Source of the DNA: Glaucostegus cemiculus
Lineage: Eukaryota
Length of the DNA: 64,000 bases
Direction: 5' to 3'
Assembly (NCBI GenBank): GCA_976551045.1
Contig: CDPCPM010000060.1
Location: 2,170,001 to 2,234,000, forward strand
Shown: piece after piece, positions 39,188 to 51,754 of the stretch
Position numbering within the stretch: position 1 is the first letter of the stretch
How the letters are laid out: every line of letters starts with the position of its first letter
Program-made: the position numbers and the translations under genes
The notes under the pieces: model-generated
What the model was told of the DNA's origin: nothing
Database searches by the model: none
Seen by the model: the letters and a program-made list of their open reading frames with translations, nothing else

Positions 39188-39989
39188 TTTGTCAAAGCCT
39201 TCTACATTGATTTTCTTGCTGTTCATTTCTGTTGCTGCTGTTATCTTAGTGCCAAACTGATGGAAATAACAGAATAGATTAGGCTGCAACTAGTCAATCT
39301 GTCATGTTGTGCATAATATGGTCCTTCACTTGTTGATGTATTCTCACAAGTGTGAATGTCTGGATTGAAGATGTTGCATGAAGTCAGCTGCTTGTCTCTC
39401 TGGCAAGATGGGGTGTTGTTTATCTAAAAATTTTGTCAGGAAGAAGACTCTATTAGCATTAGCTTTCCCTATACACTCCTTGCCAGTCATGTCTTGTCAG
39501 AGGTTTGTGTCCTTTCTGGTCCTAACATTGAGATTGCACCGGAGTATCAGTTTGTATTCCTCTTCATAAGAGCACTGAGCAATAAGAATTAAAGATGTTA
39601 AAATGGTACTGTTCACTTGAGGAATTGTGAGCTGTTAGCTTTCAACAAGTCTGAATGCCTGCAGTTACAATCTAAACTGAAAAGCATGACCGCCTGACCT
39701 CTCCAGTATGACAGCTCTATACTCTTTTCACCTGAAATGGGAGCAACAAATCATTAGAGAGATAGAGGAGGCAGGAAAAGAGAATTAATAATTTCTGAAC
39801 TATTCTTCTGTCTTTTAAGTGTGCGTGTTTTTAATTTTGCATGGGTTCATTGATGAGTAGTTGATTTTCTGAGCTTTTGTATGCTTTATTATTTTTCTGT
39901 GGGTGTGTCTGGTTCGATTTTTGAGTGGTTTGCTGTGGTTGTTATTTATGGTTTTTCCACGAACATATCTGCATGTTAAACCTCGTTAG

Positions 39990-40142
39990 AAAGGGAAGGA
40001 GAGGAAGAAGTCCAAGGCTGAGATATTATTTGACCAGAGGAAGAATAAGAAGGAACTGGAATTTGAACAGAAACTTGCAATAGAGAAAGAGGAAATGTTG
40101 GAGAAAGAAAAACAATTGAAAATAAACCGACTCGTCCAAGAG
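39990..40142 (+). CDS. USH1C: USH1C exon 17-equivalent (153 nt), coiled-coil 2
   Basis: cctcgttag|AAAGGG...CAAGAG|gtacat; KGKERKKSKAEILFDQRKNKKELEFEQKLAIEKEEMLEKEKQLKINRLVQE. Confidence 0.95.
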
Positions 40143-40942
40143 GTACATTGGGACTGCAAATTGTCAAATGGATGACTGTGATTTCAATACTATGCTTAAA
40201 CGGTTGTCAGGGAATTTAGAGAAATGAAATGGTCTAATTGCATATTCAAGAACCTTTTGGGGCAAGATTGTAATATTATTCATTAGAGACAGCATTTTAA
40301 TCTATCATACAACAAAAATATTATTTGTAATCTACTGTATCTTGATAAAGCTTTTGGTATCAGCTGAGCTGTCAACTGAGAGGCAACCTTGACAATACCA
40401 GTATATTAACACTGGAAGAAGAGTGAAACCGGGCACATGTATTGGGAGACAGAAGGTTCAGAATTGTGCTGTTTAAATTGGGGACTCTAATTGAGGAATA
40501 TACTGTGGCTATGCAGACTGACTAGAGGAAATATTGACTTGTGTACCACACTTCTTTGATCCTCAAGGATTAGAATGTAACTGTTTTCTATTTTGTTGAG
40601 AAGCGTTATTGCATGAACATTTAACTATCTAGAGCTAACTTAAAAGTTGATCAGTTGATTATTTTCAGTAAGTCTAAAATTGCATAAACTAATCTGAAAG
40701 GCTAGATTATCTTGCGCAATGAGCTTTTTGCTAGTTTTATTAAAAACATTCTTAGTTGGATTTGATTTGCTGGATGTGCATTCATCTTAACCTAAATGAG
40801 GAAAAAAAAGCCAACTTCATTCATCTAGGTTGATTAATTTACTTAATTGACCTCCACATTGTATACTGTTTCAAAGTAAAGTTTGAGGTTGCAAAGCATC
40901 AAAATAAGTACATTGCTGAAGGGTATACTCCTGTGCTAATAG

Positions 40943-41160
40943 AGTCACAGAGCATGGAAACAATTCCTTTGGCCCTTCAAATCTATGCCTTGCATCAAAC
41001 ATCCACTTAGATTAATCCTACACTAATTGCCATTTTATTCTCCCTACATTCCCATCAACTCCCCACAGATTCTGTCACTTGCCTACACACTAATTAACCT
41101 TCCAACCTCCCCATCTTTGTGATATGGGAGGAGACCAGAGCACTCAGTGGAAGTCTGTGG
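40943..41160 (-). mobile_element. V-SINE 3' part
   Basis: agagtcacagagcatggaaac...ggccc...gggaggagaccagagcac. Confidence 0.7.
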
Positions 41161-42094
41161 GGAGAGTTTCAGGAGAAACGACTGGAAGGGTCATGGTATG
41201 AGTGGAAGAGCTTCCTGTGGAGATGATCCATGATGTAATTGAGGTTGAAGATTTGGGATGATTGACTCAGGGTGGGTAGGGTTCAGTCTTAGAGATAATT
41301 AGAGGTGGTGCTGAAGTGATGGCTGGTGATAGGTGTAAGGGTTCAAGGAAGTGATCAGAGCTTGGTGTTGTGGGGGTGGGGGGGTGGGGGTCAATGCGAT
41401 GATTAAATGCCGGGAATCAGGGAAACTGTTGGATAGTCGAGTTAGAGAGGAGATCAGGGGTTGTTGGGGACATTGGCAATAAAGGGAAGTGGTGAGGGCA
41501 ATCAAATCCTAAATAAACAAAGAAGGTGCCTATCAAAAAAGATGGGTGTTGACTCCACAGCAGCACACCATATAATCTGTCCCTTAACTAAAGCCAAAAT
41601 GGCTCTCAAACCCCAATACCTTCTTCAGTATGTGTTAGGCTTATATATGTTCACACAAGTAACAGCACAATAAGTATTATACATCATTGGCTATCATTAT
41701 GTCTGCTTGGTGGCACTTTTGCAAATGCTGATCAAAGGCATGGGAAACCCAAATTTAATTTCAGGATGTCCTCTATAAGAGTGCAATGTATTCATTCTCA
41801 TTTAGCAACTGGATATTTTTTATAAGGTTGCATTGTATAGCACAGAAAAACATGAGGCTGCACAATTTTTTTACATTATATGCCACTTCTATAAAATTGT
41901 GAAGTAGAAGAGTACATTTTGTTCTCTTATTCTGATGGAAAATATATATTCACACTTAACTATTCTTTGCCCTGAACCTATTACCTGACATCATTAAAAG
42001 GAAGGGGTCCTGGAGCAAATTCTTGAAAGCAATGATAGGTCAGATCAAAAATGCAGGGAGTTTCAGTTCTCTTGTCCATTTTGGTGTTGACATA

Positions 42095-43400
42095 TAAGAA
42101 CATAAGAAATACAAACAAAAGAGACACCTTGCCATTTAATTCTATTCTACCCTGCCATTCGTCAAGATCATGGCTGACCTCCTAACTTGGCACTAATTTC
42201 GATTATAGTCATGTCCTTGACTCTCTTAATGTCCAGAAATCTATCATTCTCTGTATTGAATGAACAAAACAAATGAGCCTCCCTGGCCACATGGGCTAGA
42301 GAAGGCCATAGGTTCACCACCCTTTTCTGTTAAGAAATTTTTCATCTCAATCCTAAATGGCCAACCCATATTCTGAAGCTGTATGCCCTGTCCAAACCCC
42401 AAAACCATTAAGCCCTTTAAGAATCTGGTGTGTTTGAGTGAGGAATCCTCTCATTCTTCTGAACTCTTTAACAAGTATGGTCCCTACCAACTCTATCTCT
42501 TATAAGGCAGACCTACCATCACTAGAATCAGTCTTGTGAACCTTTGCTGCGCTCCCTCTCGGGTAAGAAGACCAAAAACTGTGAAACAAAACAAGGCTAC
42601 AGATGCAGTCTCACCAAGATCTTATTAAACTGCAAGACTTCCCACCTCCTTTATTCAAATCTTCTCATATTAAAGATGAAAATCCTAATTTGCCTTCCTA
42701 ATTGCTTGCTGCACCCACATGTTGGCCTCCACTGACTTGAGTACAAGCATACCTGGGAGTCCTTGACACAATTTCTATGCAATCTTTCACTGTTTTACAA
42801 ATACTCCAAATTCCAGAATCAGCAATCTCGTGTGTCTCCATTTAACAAGTACTCTGTTTTTCTCTTTTGTGTACCATAGTGGATGATTTATATATGACTA
42901 TATTATATGCCATCTGTATTGTCTCATCCTACTCGCTCAGCTTTTCCATATCCTCTTGAGGATGCATTATATCCTCCTCCATACTTTTCATTCTACCAAG
43001 TTTGGTATCTTCACTAACATAGAAATATGAGATTTGGTCTCCTCAACCAAATTTATGTTATAGCCAGTAAATAGCCGTGGCCCAAGCTGAACCCCACTAG
43101 TCTGCCAACCTGACAATGATCCATTTATTCCCAATGTTTGCTCAATCCATGTCAGCATATTATCTCCAATTCCGTGTGCTCCAACCTTGTTTACCAACTG
43201 CCTATGTGGGTTCTTACTGAAAATCTTCCAAAACCCCAAATACCACATCCACGATCCCACCCCCACCATCCACTCATCACACCAAGAAAAAAACCCCAGC
43301 AGATTAGTCGAACGTAATTTCCCTTTCATAAATCCACATTGGTTCTGCTCAATCCTTTTATTCTCTTAAAGGTGTTCTATTATCACCTCTTTCATTCTAG
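42095..43400 (-). mobile_element. CR1 LINE fragment
   Basis: ORF 42988..43329 STNLLGFF...PHRQLVNKVGAHGIGDNMLTWIE...LGPRLFT; (ataagaac) tail at 42095. Confidence 0.85.
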
Positions 43401-43975
43401 ATTGCAGAATTTACCCCATCACTGATCAGCAGAAATGGAGCAAAGTATTTGTCCTGAAATCTCTATGTTAGGGTGGGATAATCATCAATGGTTCCTACTC
43501 CTGATCACTGTCCAATGATCCCTGATGATACTGAGAACCTTTTAAATATCAGATAGGCATAGCACTGAATGGTCTGCCATTACTCACTGTCCAGCTTACC
43601 AAGTAAAGCCTCTTGGGATGAAGGATTGAAGGATTTAGGCACGCATACCTTTGCAGGGAAGGAGAACTACAGGGTGTGGAGACAAGAAAATCAGTTCAGC
43701 AAATATTAGCAGATATTGAAGGTTATGAGTTCAGAAAACAATCTGGGTCATCAAATCTTTAAAAAACGGCTACTGACTGATGGTGAGAATAATAACAACT
43801 TTTGTCTAAATTAAGGTTGTATTTTTATTAAACATTGGAGAACATTTTAAGGAGGGTAGTTGACTAAACTTGGTGTCTTCTTTCAGTAACGTTCACCACA
43901 TAACAAGAACTTTTAAATATCTAACAATCTGTTGAAGTGTCTTGAGTGAGCTAAATCATTGGTGCATTGCTTCAG

Positions 43976-44092
43976 GTTTCTGAAACAGAACGGGAAGATT
44001 TGGAAGAATCTGCAAAAGTTCAGCATTGGGTGGAAAAGCTGTGCCAGACTCGGTTAGAGCAAATCTCTTCAGCAGAGAATGAATCCCTTGAG
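43976..44092 (+). CDS. USH1C: USH1C exon 18-equivalent (117 nt)
   Basis: gcttcag|GTTTCT...CTTGAG|gtaata; VSETEREDLEESAKVQHWVEKLCQTRLEQISSAENESLE. Confidence 0.96.
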
Positions 44093-45654
44093 GTAATAGT
44101 TGTGTGAGATATCCAGGAATTCAGAAATCTGTGCTCTGCATGAAGAGTTTGTTATCATTTTGAGTAATGGGGAAAATAATTTTACAACTAATAAGGGCAA
44201 TCTTGTGGTGATGACTAGTCAATAAAACTATTTCAAGTGAGAAAAATTAGAAATCTCAGAAAACCATTATTTCTTGATTTTGAGTTCTTGGGTATAATTC
44301 AATAAAGATTTATTTACATTTTCCCTATATCTCTACAGAATATATTTGCCTGTAGTCAGGACCTGCTTACTTGGTTTAATTAGGTAGTTGAATGTGATTA
44401 GGGAATGGAACTGCTACAATGTATTTCAGGTTTCTTTATAAACAAATGTGTAATAGGCCCAGTGAAAGGAGATTTATGATTAGATGTATTGGTGAGAAAT
44501 TGAGTAGATAACAAAGGTAAAGTAGAGGAAGTCTGGACAATACAGATTATAAGATGTATGGAGATAATTAGGAATAAGTATATTCAGTGAAGATCAGGAT
44601 GATCGATCGAAGAAAAGTCAGCTGGAGGGGTTGCAAATAAAATGGACAATGGTCTTAGCAGAGTTTCTATGGAAAACAAATGAAACTATGTTCACTGGAT
44701 TTCAAAAAATTATATCCTTCAAAACAGGGAATAAAAATAAAAAGTAAACTGAAATGCATGGATGAATAAACAGAAGGAAAAAAATTAATCATAAAGAGAA
44801 GAAAATCCACTTAGTACATGGCAGCAGAGGAGAGCATGACAAGTGTATGCAGAGATTAAGAGAAAAGTCAAAAAGAATCAAAAAGAGGAAGTATTGTTGA
44901 CAATGGATGTGCTTTGTAAATGTTTTTAAGGTTTTTGAAATGTTTTACATAGTGCCAATATTTATAGATTTTTTAATGTTTGTGAATATTAGAAACATTG
45001 TGTTTGACAGCCTTAACTGTAGTGTTTATCCTGGGGGTGTAGCTTAGTCATTTGTCAAAGATTATGCTGGTTACCCCATATGATGCAATTATGCAGGGAG
45101 ATGCTTTGTGGATGCAGAGCTTCGTCAGGGTAATTGAGCCATCCCCTGACCACACATGCAATTCTTTTCAATTAAAAGGTGAAGGCTAAGGAGACATTTA
45201 ATACAGTTCTTTAGAAATAGGTAAGTATGTATGAGTGAGAAGAAATTTGAGGGTAATGCTGGTAGAGTTAGAGGAGAAAACAAGAAGGAATTGGATTATA
45301 AATGATAATGTAGGGAAGTTGGATTGAATAGTCTATTACTGGGCTCTATGTCCTCTGTAACTACAGAAGATCTCATTTTCAAAACATTCCATCAGTTTTA
45401 TCTACATGGTCAGTATTCAGTGAAATTGCAGATATATATGTTCCTTTCATTTGATTTATTTTCTACAGGTTAATTACTCGGATTTTATCTTCCTACACAT
45501 CTAGTTTCACCCAAGCAGAGAAGTTTTTAGAAAAATTCCTTTTGGCTGTCTAAATCTCACTGTAGAGGAGAATCATTAAACTTGGTAAACCCAGTAGAAT
45601 CAGCTAAGCTCCCAGGCGAAACAACTGGCTTTAAATTCTCTGCATGAGTGATGT

Positions 45655-46380
45655 TCAACTTTTATTTATTTTTCTGGGGAATGTAGTCATCACTGGGAAG
45701 GCTGGAACTTGTTGTCCATCACAATTGATCCAGGAAGGTGGGAATGAGCTAGTTTCTTGAATTGCTGAAGTCCTTATGATAAGACCTACATCTACTAAGG
45801 AAGAAGTTTGAGGATTTTGCATCAGTAACTGTGAGGGATCAATCATATATTTTCAAGATGTATGTGTAAGGAGAATATGTAGGTGCTGTTCTTCACATAT
45901 CCCAGCTACTCTTGTCCCTCAAGGTAATCTGGGCCAAGGATTTTTGAGAGATTGTCTAAGAATTCCTGGTTAATTGTTGTAGTTATTCACAACTGCCACG
46001 ATGAGTTGAAGATGAAAAGTGTGAATGGCTAATTGGTGTATTGGATGCCAATCAAGTCAGCTGCTTTGTCACAAATGTGCTGATCTTTAGTGCTGTTGAA
46101 GCTAGACTGAAACAATCAAATGGAGAGTACCACATTCTGGACAAGTCTTATAACTGGTGGCTGTGTTTCCGCGAATCATAAAGTGACCTATTGTGCAGGG
46201 TACCCAGTTTCTGAACTGGTCTTGTAGCCATTGTATTGATATGGCTAATTACTGGTCCATTTCTTGTCAATATGATTCTAGGATCTTGATGTTAGGAGAT
46301 TCATTTGTGATAATGCCATTTAATGTTATGCAGAGGTTATCAGATTCTCTCTTGTCGGAGATAATAGTTGCTTTGCATTC
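45655..46380 (-). mobile_element. Decayed CR1/L2-group LINE 3' region
   Basis: Tail tttatttatttttctggggaatgtagtcatcactgg...; internal gatgccaatcaagtcagctgctttgtc also seen at ~39375. Confidence 0.6.
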
Positions 46381-46926
46381 ATCATTTACTCACTTAGGTC
46401 TTTGGCATCCCTATCTTCAGCACAATCTAGGTTTTCTTCATTTGCATTTTATCCCTGGCATAATTGCTCAACTCTGCTTATTCTGGACCAGGTGTCTGCT
46501 CTCAATATTTTTGCTTTTTCTCACTAGATCTGGCTGATATACTTGTTTGCATTCTCCTCTGCCAATGTGGTGGACTATTCCAAGATCATCCGAGAATTTC
46601 TGTTTCCAGCAATCATCTTAAACTCTTCTCCCCTGTTTGATCTACTCACATCTATTGTGTGAGTTCATCCACTTATTCTTCAGTCAGAATGACACCAACT
46701 GAAAGATTACAATGCTCTTTCCTCCCCATTCAGCTCCCAACTCCAGCCATTATTGATAAGAATAATATTTCAAATATATTCAGTTCTGACTTCATCATCT
46801 CTTTAAGATAGTTAGTTTTACAAAACATACAAAATAGCTAATAGCTCATTTTTGGCTTTGCTTAAAAAGTCCAAAGCATTAGTGTTATTCTGACTTTAGG
46901 TGGCAAATGAACTCTTCCAAACTGAG

Positions 46927-47107
46927 AATCAAAAAATTGAAGATGCTGGAAATCTGAAATCAAAACAGAAGCTGGAAACATTTAGTAAGATAGAAGCATG
47001 CACTTCATCAGATTTCAGAAAAAAGATCCTTGACCTAAAACATTATCTCTCTTTCTCTTTCCATAGATGCTCTCTGACCTGCTGAGTATTTCCAACATTT
47101 TCTGTTT
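46927..47107. mobile_element. Fold-back Penelope-like pLTR-derived element with 14-bp target-site duplication
   Basis: Flanked by tcttccaaactgag at 46913-46926 and 47108-47121; arms aaaacagaagctggaaacatttag / ctgagtatttccaacattttctgtttt. Confidence 0.8.
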
Positions 47108-47343
47108 TCTTCCAAACTGAGCCAGATTGGGATTATTTTGTGTTCAGAATTTGTTTCTGTGCTACAGTAACTGTAAGGCTTAGATTTCAGAGATTTTCCT
47201 ATAATAACTATCAAAACATCTTAAATGTTTGAGGGACTGTGTCTCAAAATATTGGTTATGGATATTGATAGGGTGAAGATTTTATTGTTTGCTTTTCATT
47301 TGAAAATTGTGAATTTTTAAATAGCCCTGTTGTCCACGAACAG

Positions 47344-47880
47344 GGGTCAACTGCACCGCAACCTCCTCCAGTGTCAGTGCGGAAGTTTGCCGGTGGTCTC
47401 CAGCTACATACCACAGATCTTGATGACATCAACCTAGATCAGTTTGATCAGCCAGCAAGGCGAATAGCACCTCCTCCACCAGCATCTCACTTTGTTCCAT
47501 CACCACATCCATCCAAGATGCCATCACCAACAATCGCAACACCACGGAAAAAGCCTACTCCACCTTCACCGTCACCACATCATCCAAAACCATCCCACAC
47601 TGGCTCAAAGATGTCACCTGTATCTTCAATTCCACCTCCTCTGCCTACTGCACCCCCACTGCCATCTACACCAATTCCCCCTCTAGTTCCCATTCATCCC
47701 ATTGCCTTTACTCGTTCCCAAGCCACCATTCCAGAAGTGAGGGAAGATAACTCAAAATATTACTCACAGCCTGATGTGGAGTCAGGTCGTGACTGGGAGG
47801 CACAGAATTTTGGTTCAAAAGCTGGGTATAGCCCTATTTACAACCGGACTGGTGAAAGTTCATATCCAGCCAGTCATAAG
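47344..47880 (+). CDS. USH1C: USH1C exon 19-equivalent (537 nt), proline-serine-threonine-rich (PST) domain
   Basis: In-frame acceptor acgaacag| and donor CATAAG|gtactg; overlaps ORF 47371..47964; conserved motifs RKFAGGLQLHTTDLDDI, DWEAQN and SYPASHK (human RRFAGGLHLHTTDLDDI, DWEAKN, SFPPTPK). Confidence 0.93.
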
Positions 47881-48636
47881 GTACTGATTGTCATGAAATT
47901 TCTTGTTTGTTGTGCCGCCTCCTTCAGAACTTGTACTTTTTCTATATTTCCAAGCTTAAAATAACCACTCCATTGTAATGCACACTGTACTAGCCAACCT
48001 TTTTACAGAAATACACAACTGCTATAATTAAAATGAGCTGTCAGCTGAAAATAAAATTTGCACCTTTAAGTCAAAATGCTGAGGGTACAAATCCAAATTT
48101 AGTATCTGAATCTGCAATCCAGAATAGTAAATCAATTCACTACTGAGTGTGTGCTGCATTTTTGGAGCTGTTATGGTCAGGATGAGTTTTAAACTACATA
48201 ACAAAAGTCTGCATCTCATTGTATTTAATTTATTGTATATGAAGCACGTGATATTTCTGAGATTGGACAGCATGGTAAAATTGAAAATCGTTTTAGTCAG
48301 TATGATTAATTATTTGGCCTCTTCCCATTGATAAAGATAGTCTTTGCTGAAGTGTGAATCTTGTGTTGATGAAAGTGAACATTTGTTTTCGACTATAATG
48401 TGACTGGCAGTACAGAAGGTAAAACTCAACAATGTTAGAAGTCATGATTTAAAATGCACATATAATTATTAACATTAAAAATGGTTAACTGAGCTCTACC
48501 TTTTGGTACACCTGGTCAGATGTGCCCAGCATGTTACTTACTTTGAAAACTGCATGTATTTGGAGTGATTTATCACTAATGATAATGACTTAAGTTTCTA
48601 AGAATGATGATTAAAATGTGTCTTCACACCTTTCAG

Positions 48637-48693
48637 GTTATGAGGAACACATCTCATGCTAGCAAAATCTCATCTGCATCCAATAATCCATTG
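48637..48693 (+). CDS. USH1C: Candidate additional frame-preserving USH1C cassette exon (57 nt)
   Basis: tcttcacacctttcag|GTTATG...CCATTG|gtatgt; phase 0-0, stop-free VMRNTSHASKISSASNNPL. No homology support I can recognise. Confidence 0.5.
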
Positions 48694-49477
48694 GTATGTG
48701 ACAAAACTATAGTGTACAGTAATCAGGGAGACCTGGGATACTCTTAGCATCAGTGACAGATCTATGTCAATTCAATAAACAGCAGTAAATTCCAATATTG
48801 GAAGGTGTACAATGAACTTAGCAGTTTTTGGAGAGCAGATGAACAATAAATTGATTTGTGACCAACATAACATTTCCTCCTTTCGAACATTTGTCACAGA
48901 GCATATTTTCCTAATTCTACATTAGACCCATATTTGAGTAGGTACTGAGATATGAGATATACATGCCTCTTAATTGTCATATTATTTTTAAAAATCCACA
49001 TTGGTGTAATAGGAAAAAATATTAATTGAGAACAAAGATTTTTTGGGGGAAAAAGCATGGTGCATTAGTAATTGACCTACTGTTCAAATGATAGTTCTTT
49101 TCTATTCAATTGCATCTCAGTATTAGTCTTTTGCTGTACAATGCAATTTTAGGTTTATTTCCAAACATTAACTATGCAATTGCCTAATTATTGATCATTT
49201 CTTTAAGCGACGTAGGCTATGTACTGTTTTCCATTTCAAGGCCTTCTTTAGAAATGTTTTATTGAGAAAATTCGTTAAAAATGTTTAAGTTTTGGCATGA
49301 ACAGTGAAAGGCTGTGTTGGTAATTTGAATATATTGAGTAATATTGCATTCAACAAGTGTCACTTATTAGGATGAGATATGAAACTTCTATTACCTATTT
49401 TTATTTACATGTAAATTATGCTTTCCCTTTCTATCTATCATGGATAATCATTCATCATGTACTGCACATAACTTCAG

Positions 49478-49594
49478 CAACTTGCCCCAAGTCCACCAAT
49501 GCAAAAGCGACCAATGGGGCCCATGGCTTCCAAGCCAGTCATGTTACCTCCTAGCCCTAACCTTATAAAAAAGACATGGGTTAAATCGGAACTG
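49478..49594 (+). CDS. USH1C: USH1C exon 20-equivalent (117 nt)
   Basis: acttcag|CAACTT...GAACTG|gtaagt; QLAPSPPMQKRPMGPMASKPVMLPPSPNLIKKTWVKSEL vs human TFCPSPQPPRGPGVSTISKPVMVHQEPNFIYRPAVKSEVL. Confidence 0.9.
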
Positions 49595-49784
49595 GTAAGT
49601 TTTTTTTTAACCTTATTTATCTGCACAAGTAGTTTTAACTTTCTCTGTACCTAATTTGTATTTTTTTGTGTGGTGGAATTTATAGTTGGGTTAATTTTAA
49701 AAGCAATTTCTCTATATTGTCATGGTTTGTCATTGTGCCCAAAAGCTTACACCAGTCAGTTGGGATTATCAATTGTTAGGTACG

Positions 49785-50073
49785 GATAAGATCTTTATTA
49801 GTCACATGTACATCGAAACACACAATGAAATACATCTTCTGCGTAGTGATTTTGGGGGGGCAGCCCACAAGTGTCACCACACTTCCAGCACCAACATAGC
49901 ATGCCCATAACTTCCTAACCTGTACGTCTTTGGAATGTGGGAGGAAACGGAGCACCTGGAGGAAACCCACACAGACACGGGGAGGACATACAAACTCCTT
50001 ACAGACAGTGGCCAGATTTGAACCTGGGTCGCTGGCGCTGTAAAGCATTGTGCTAACCACTTGCTATCGTGCC
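49785..50073 (-). mobile_element. Full-length, relatively young V-SINE
   Basis: Intact tRNA head, V-domain (gggaggaaacggagcacctggaggaaacccac) and tail; same subfamily as 6692-6950. Confidence 0.9.
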
Positions 50074-50609
50074 GTCCAGCAGCCATTGTGTGCCACTTAC
50101 GTTGTACAGCTTGGCCAGAACAGAGCAAAAGGCTGGATGATCAGAGAAAGGCCAGGATTGATTGGAAGACAGAAGTAGGAGAAGCTGCTTGGATGAAGTG
50201 GGAGCCACAGATGAGAAAAGCAGACTAATATTTGACATGATCACAGATTGCTAGCTTTCTGTCATGACTAGCACACATGCAATTGTGGTCTTTGACATTT
50301 CTTATAAGGTACAAGACTGCTGTTAGAAACAATCTAGGTTTCTAACCTAGAAACCACTCAGGGATTCTAGATAGATCTTGAATGGATTACTGTGAACAAG
50401 CAGATAATTTAACATTAGCTAATTTACATATCCATTAATATTCTTATCTAATTTACATCATTGAAATTGCATACACAATAATAGAAGTCTGGAAGTAACT
50501 CCAAGTTGGTTATCAACTAAATATTTCTGATGATAGACATGAAATTTACTTTGTTTAAAATGATGAAATGAATATTAAGATTTGTTGCTGAATCATTTTT
50601 CATAAAAGC

Positions 50610-51020
50610 CAGTGTAATTTAAGGAACAGAATTAACTCATTTAGCCAATGTTTCAATCCCGTTTCCCATCTCTTGGTCCACAGTGCTGCAAGCTATGACT
50701 CTTCAAGTGCTCATTAAATGCAGTGAAGGTTTCTCTATCAGCCTTTCAGACAATCAATTCCAGATCCCTACCACTCTTTGAGGGAAAGAATTTTTCTCAA
50801 ATCTCCTCCAGTCCTTTGGCCAATTGACATTAATCTATGCTCCCTACAGTTACTGATGTCACTACAAAGCTCCTATCTGCTTACTCTCTCATAATTCTAT
50901 AAATCTTAATTAAATCTCCCCTCAGTCTCATTTGACCCAAAGTAAAGGATTCTAACCTGGAAAATCTCACTCATCACAATAATTCTTTAGCCCTGGCCAA
51001 ATTCTCACAAATCCCTACCT
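50610..51020 (-). mobile_element. Decayed CR1 3' fragment
   Basis: ttccagatccctaccactctttgaggg...ttaaatctcccctcagtctc. Confidence 0.6.
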
Positions 51021-51754
51021 TCATAGTTGATCATGGTAATAGACTTCATGGCAGGTTTACATTCTAGGTAGTACTTGTTTAGTACAATTGCTAGTTATTT
51101 GTCTGCTATTTATAGCATCTGTTCTAAATTTGAGAGGAGTGTGGTGCAAAATGTGCTTGCAATGGAGTATGGTAACTGAGCTGTCAGGATATATCAACAT
51201 TTAGTTGATTGCCACATTATACTTGGGCAGCTTGGATCACATTTAGTCTTGTAGATTAGGAATAATAGTGAGAAGGAACAGAGATGTAATAGTTCCTATT
51301 TTTAAATTATTTATTATGTCTTTCTAAAATACAAAGGGATCCAATAAATAAAAAAGTATTGTATTTTATAAAATAGCAAGAGTTAAGCAATTTGGAAGAT
51401 AGTGAAATATAGCTGGTTGGAGCTCAAAGGTGATAATTTCAACAACTGTGAAAAATAGGCATAGGTTTGGCAATGCCTGATTAGCATGTGCATTCATTGT
51501 AATACAGGTAGCATGCCAACATTGAGCTACCTAAACATTCCAATGAATTTTGATTCAACCACTACTATTCATTATATTCATTAACATCACTCATCTGCTG
51601 GGGCCCAATATAATGAGTGGCGAGCCTAAGTTAAAGCTAGTTTGTGCTATTAAAGCTGGCCTCCTCTGCTTGAAGGTTGAGGGTGGGGGGGGAGGGTACT
51701 GTGGCTGAAGCAAAGTCATGTAGAAAGTGAATCTGACCTGGGAAACTGCAAAGC

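Noticed and set aside
47881-47964. C-terminal part of the 197-aa ORF 47371..47964
   Set aside because: Read-through into intron past the donor at 47880; homology ends at SYPASHK.
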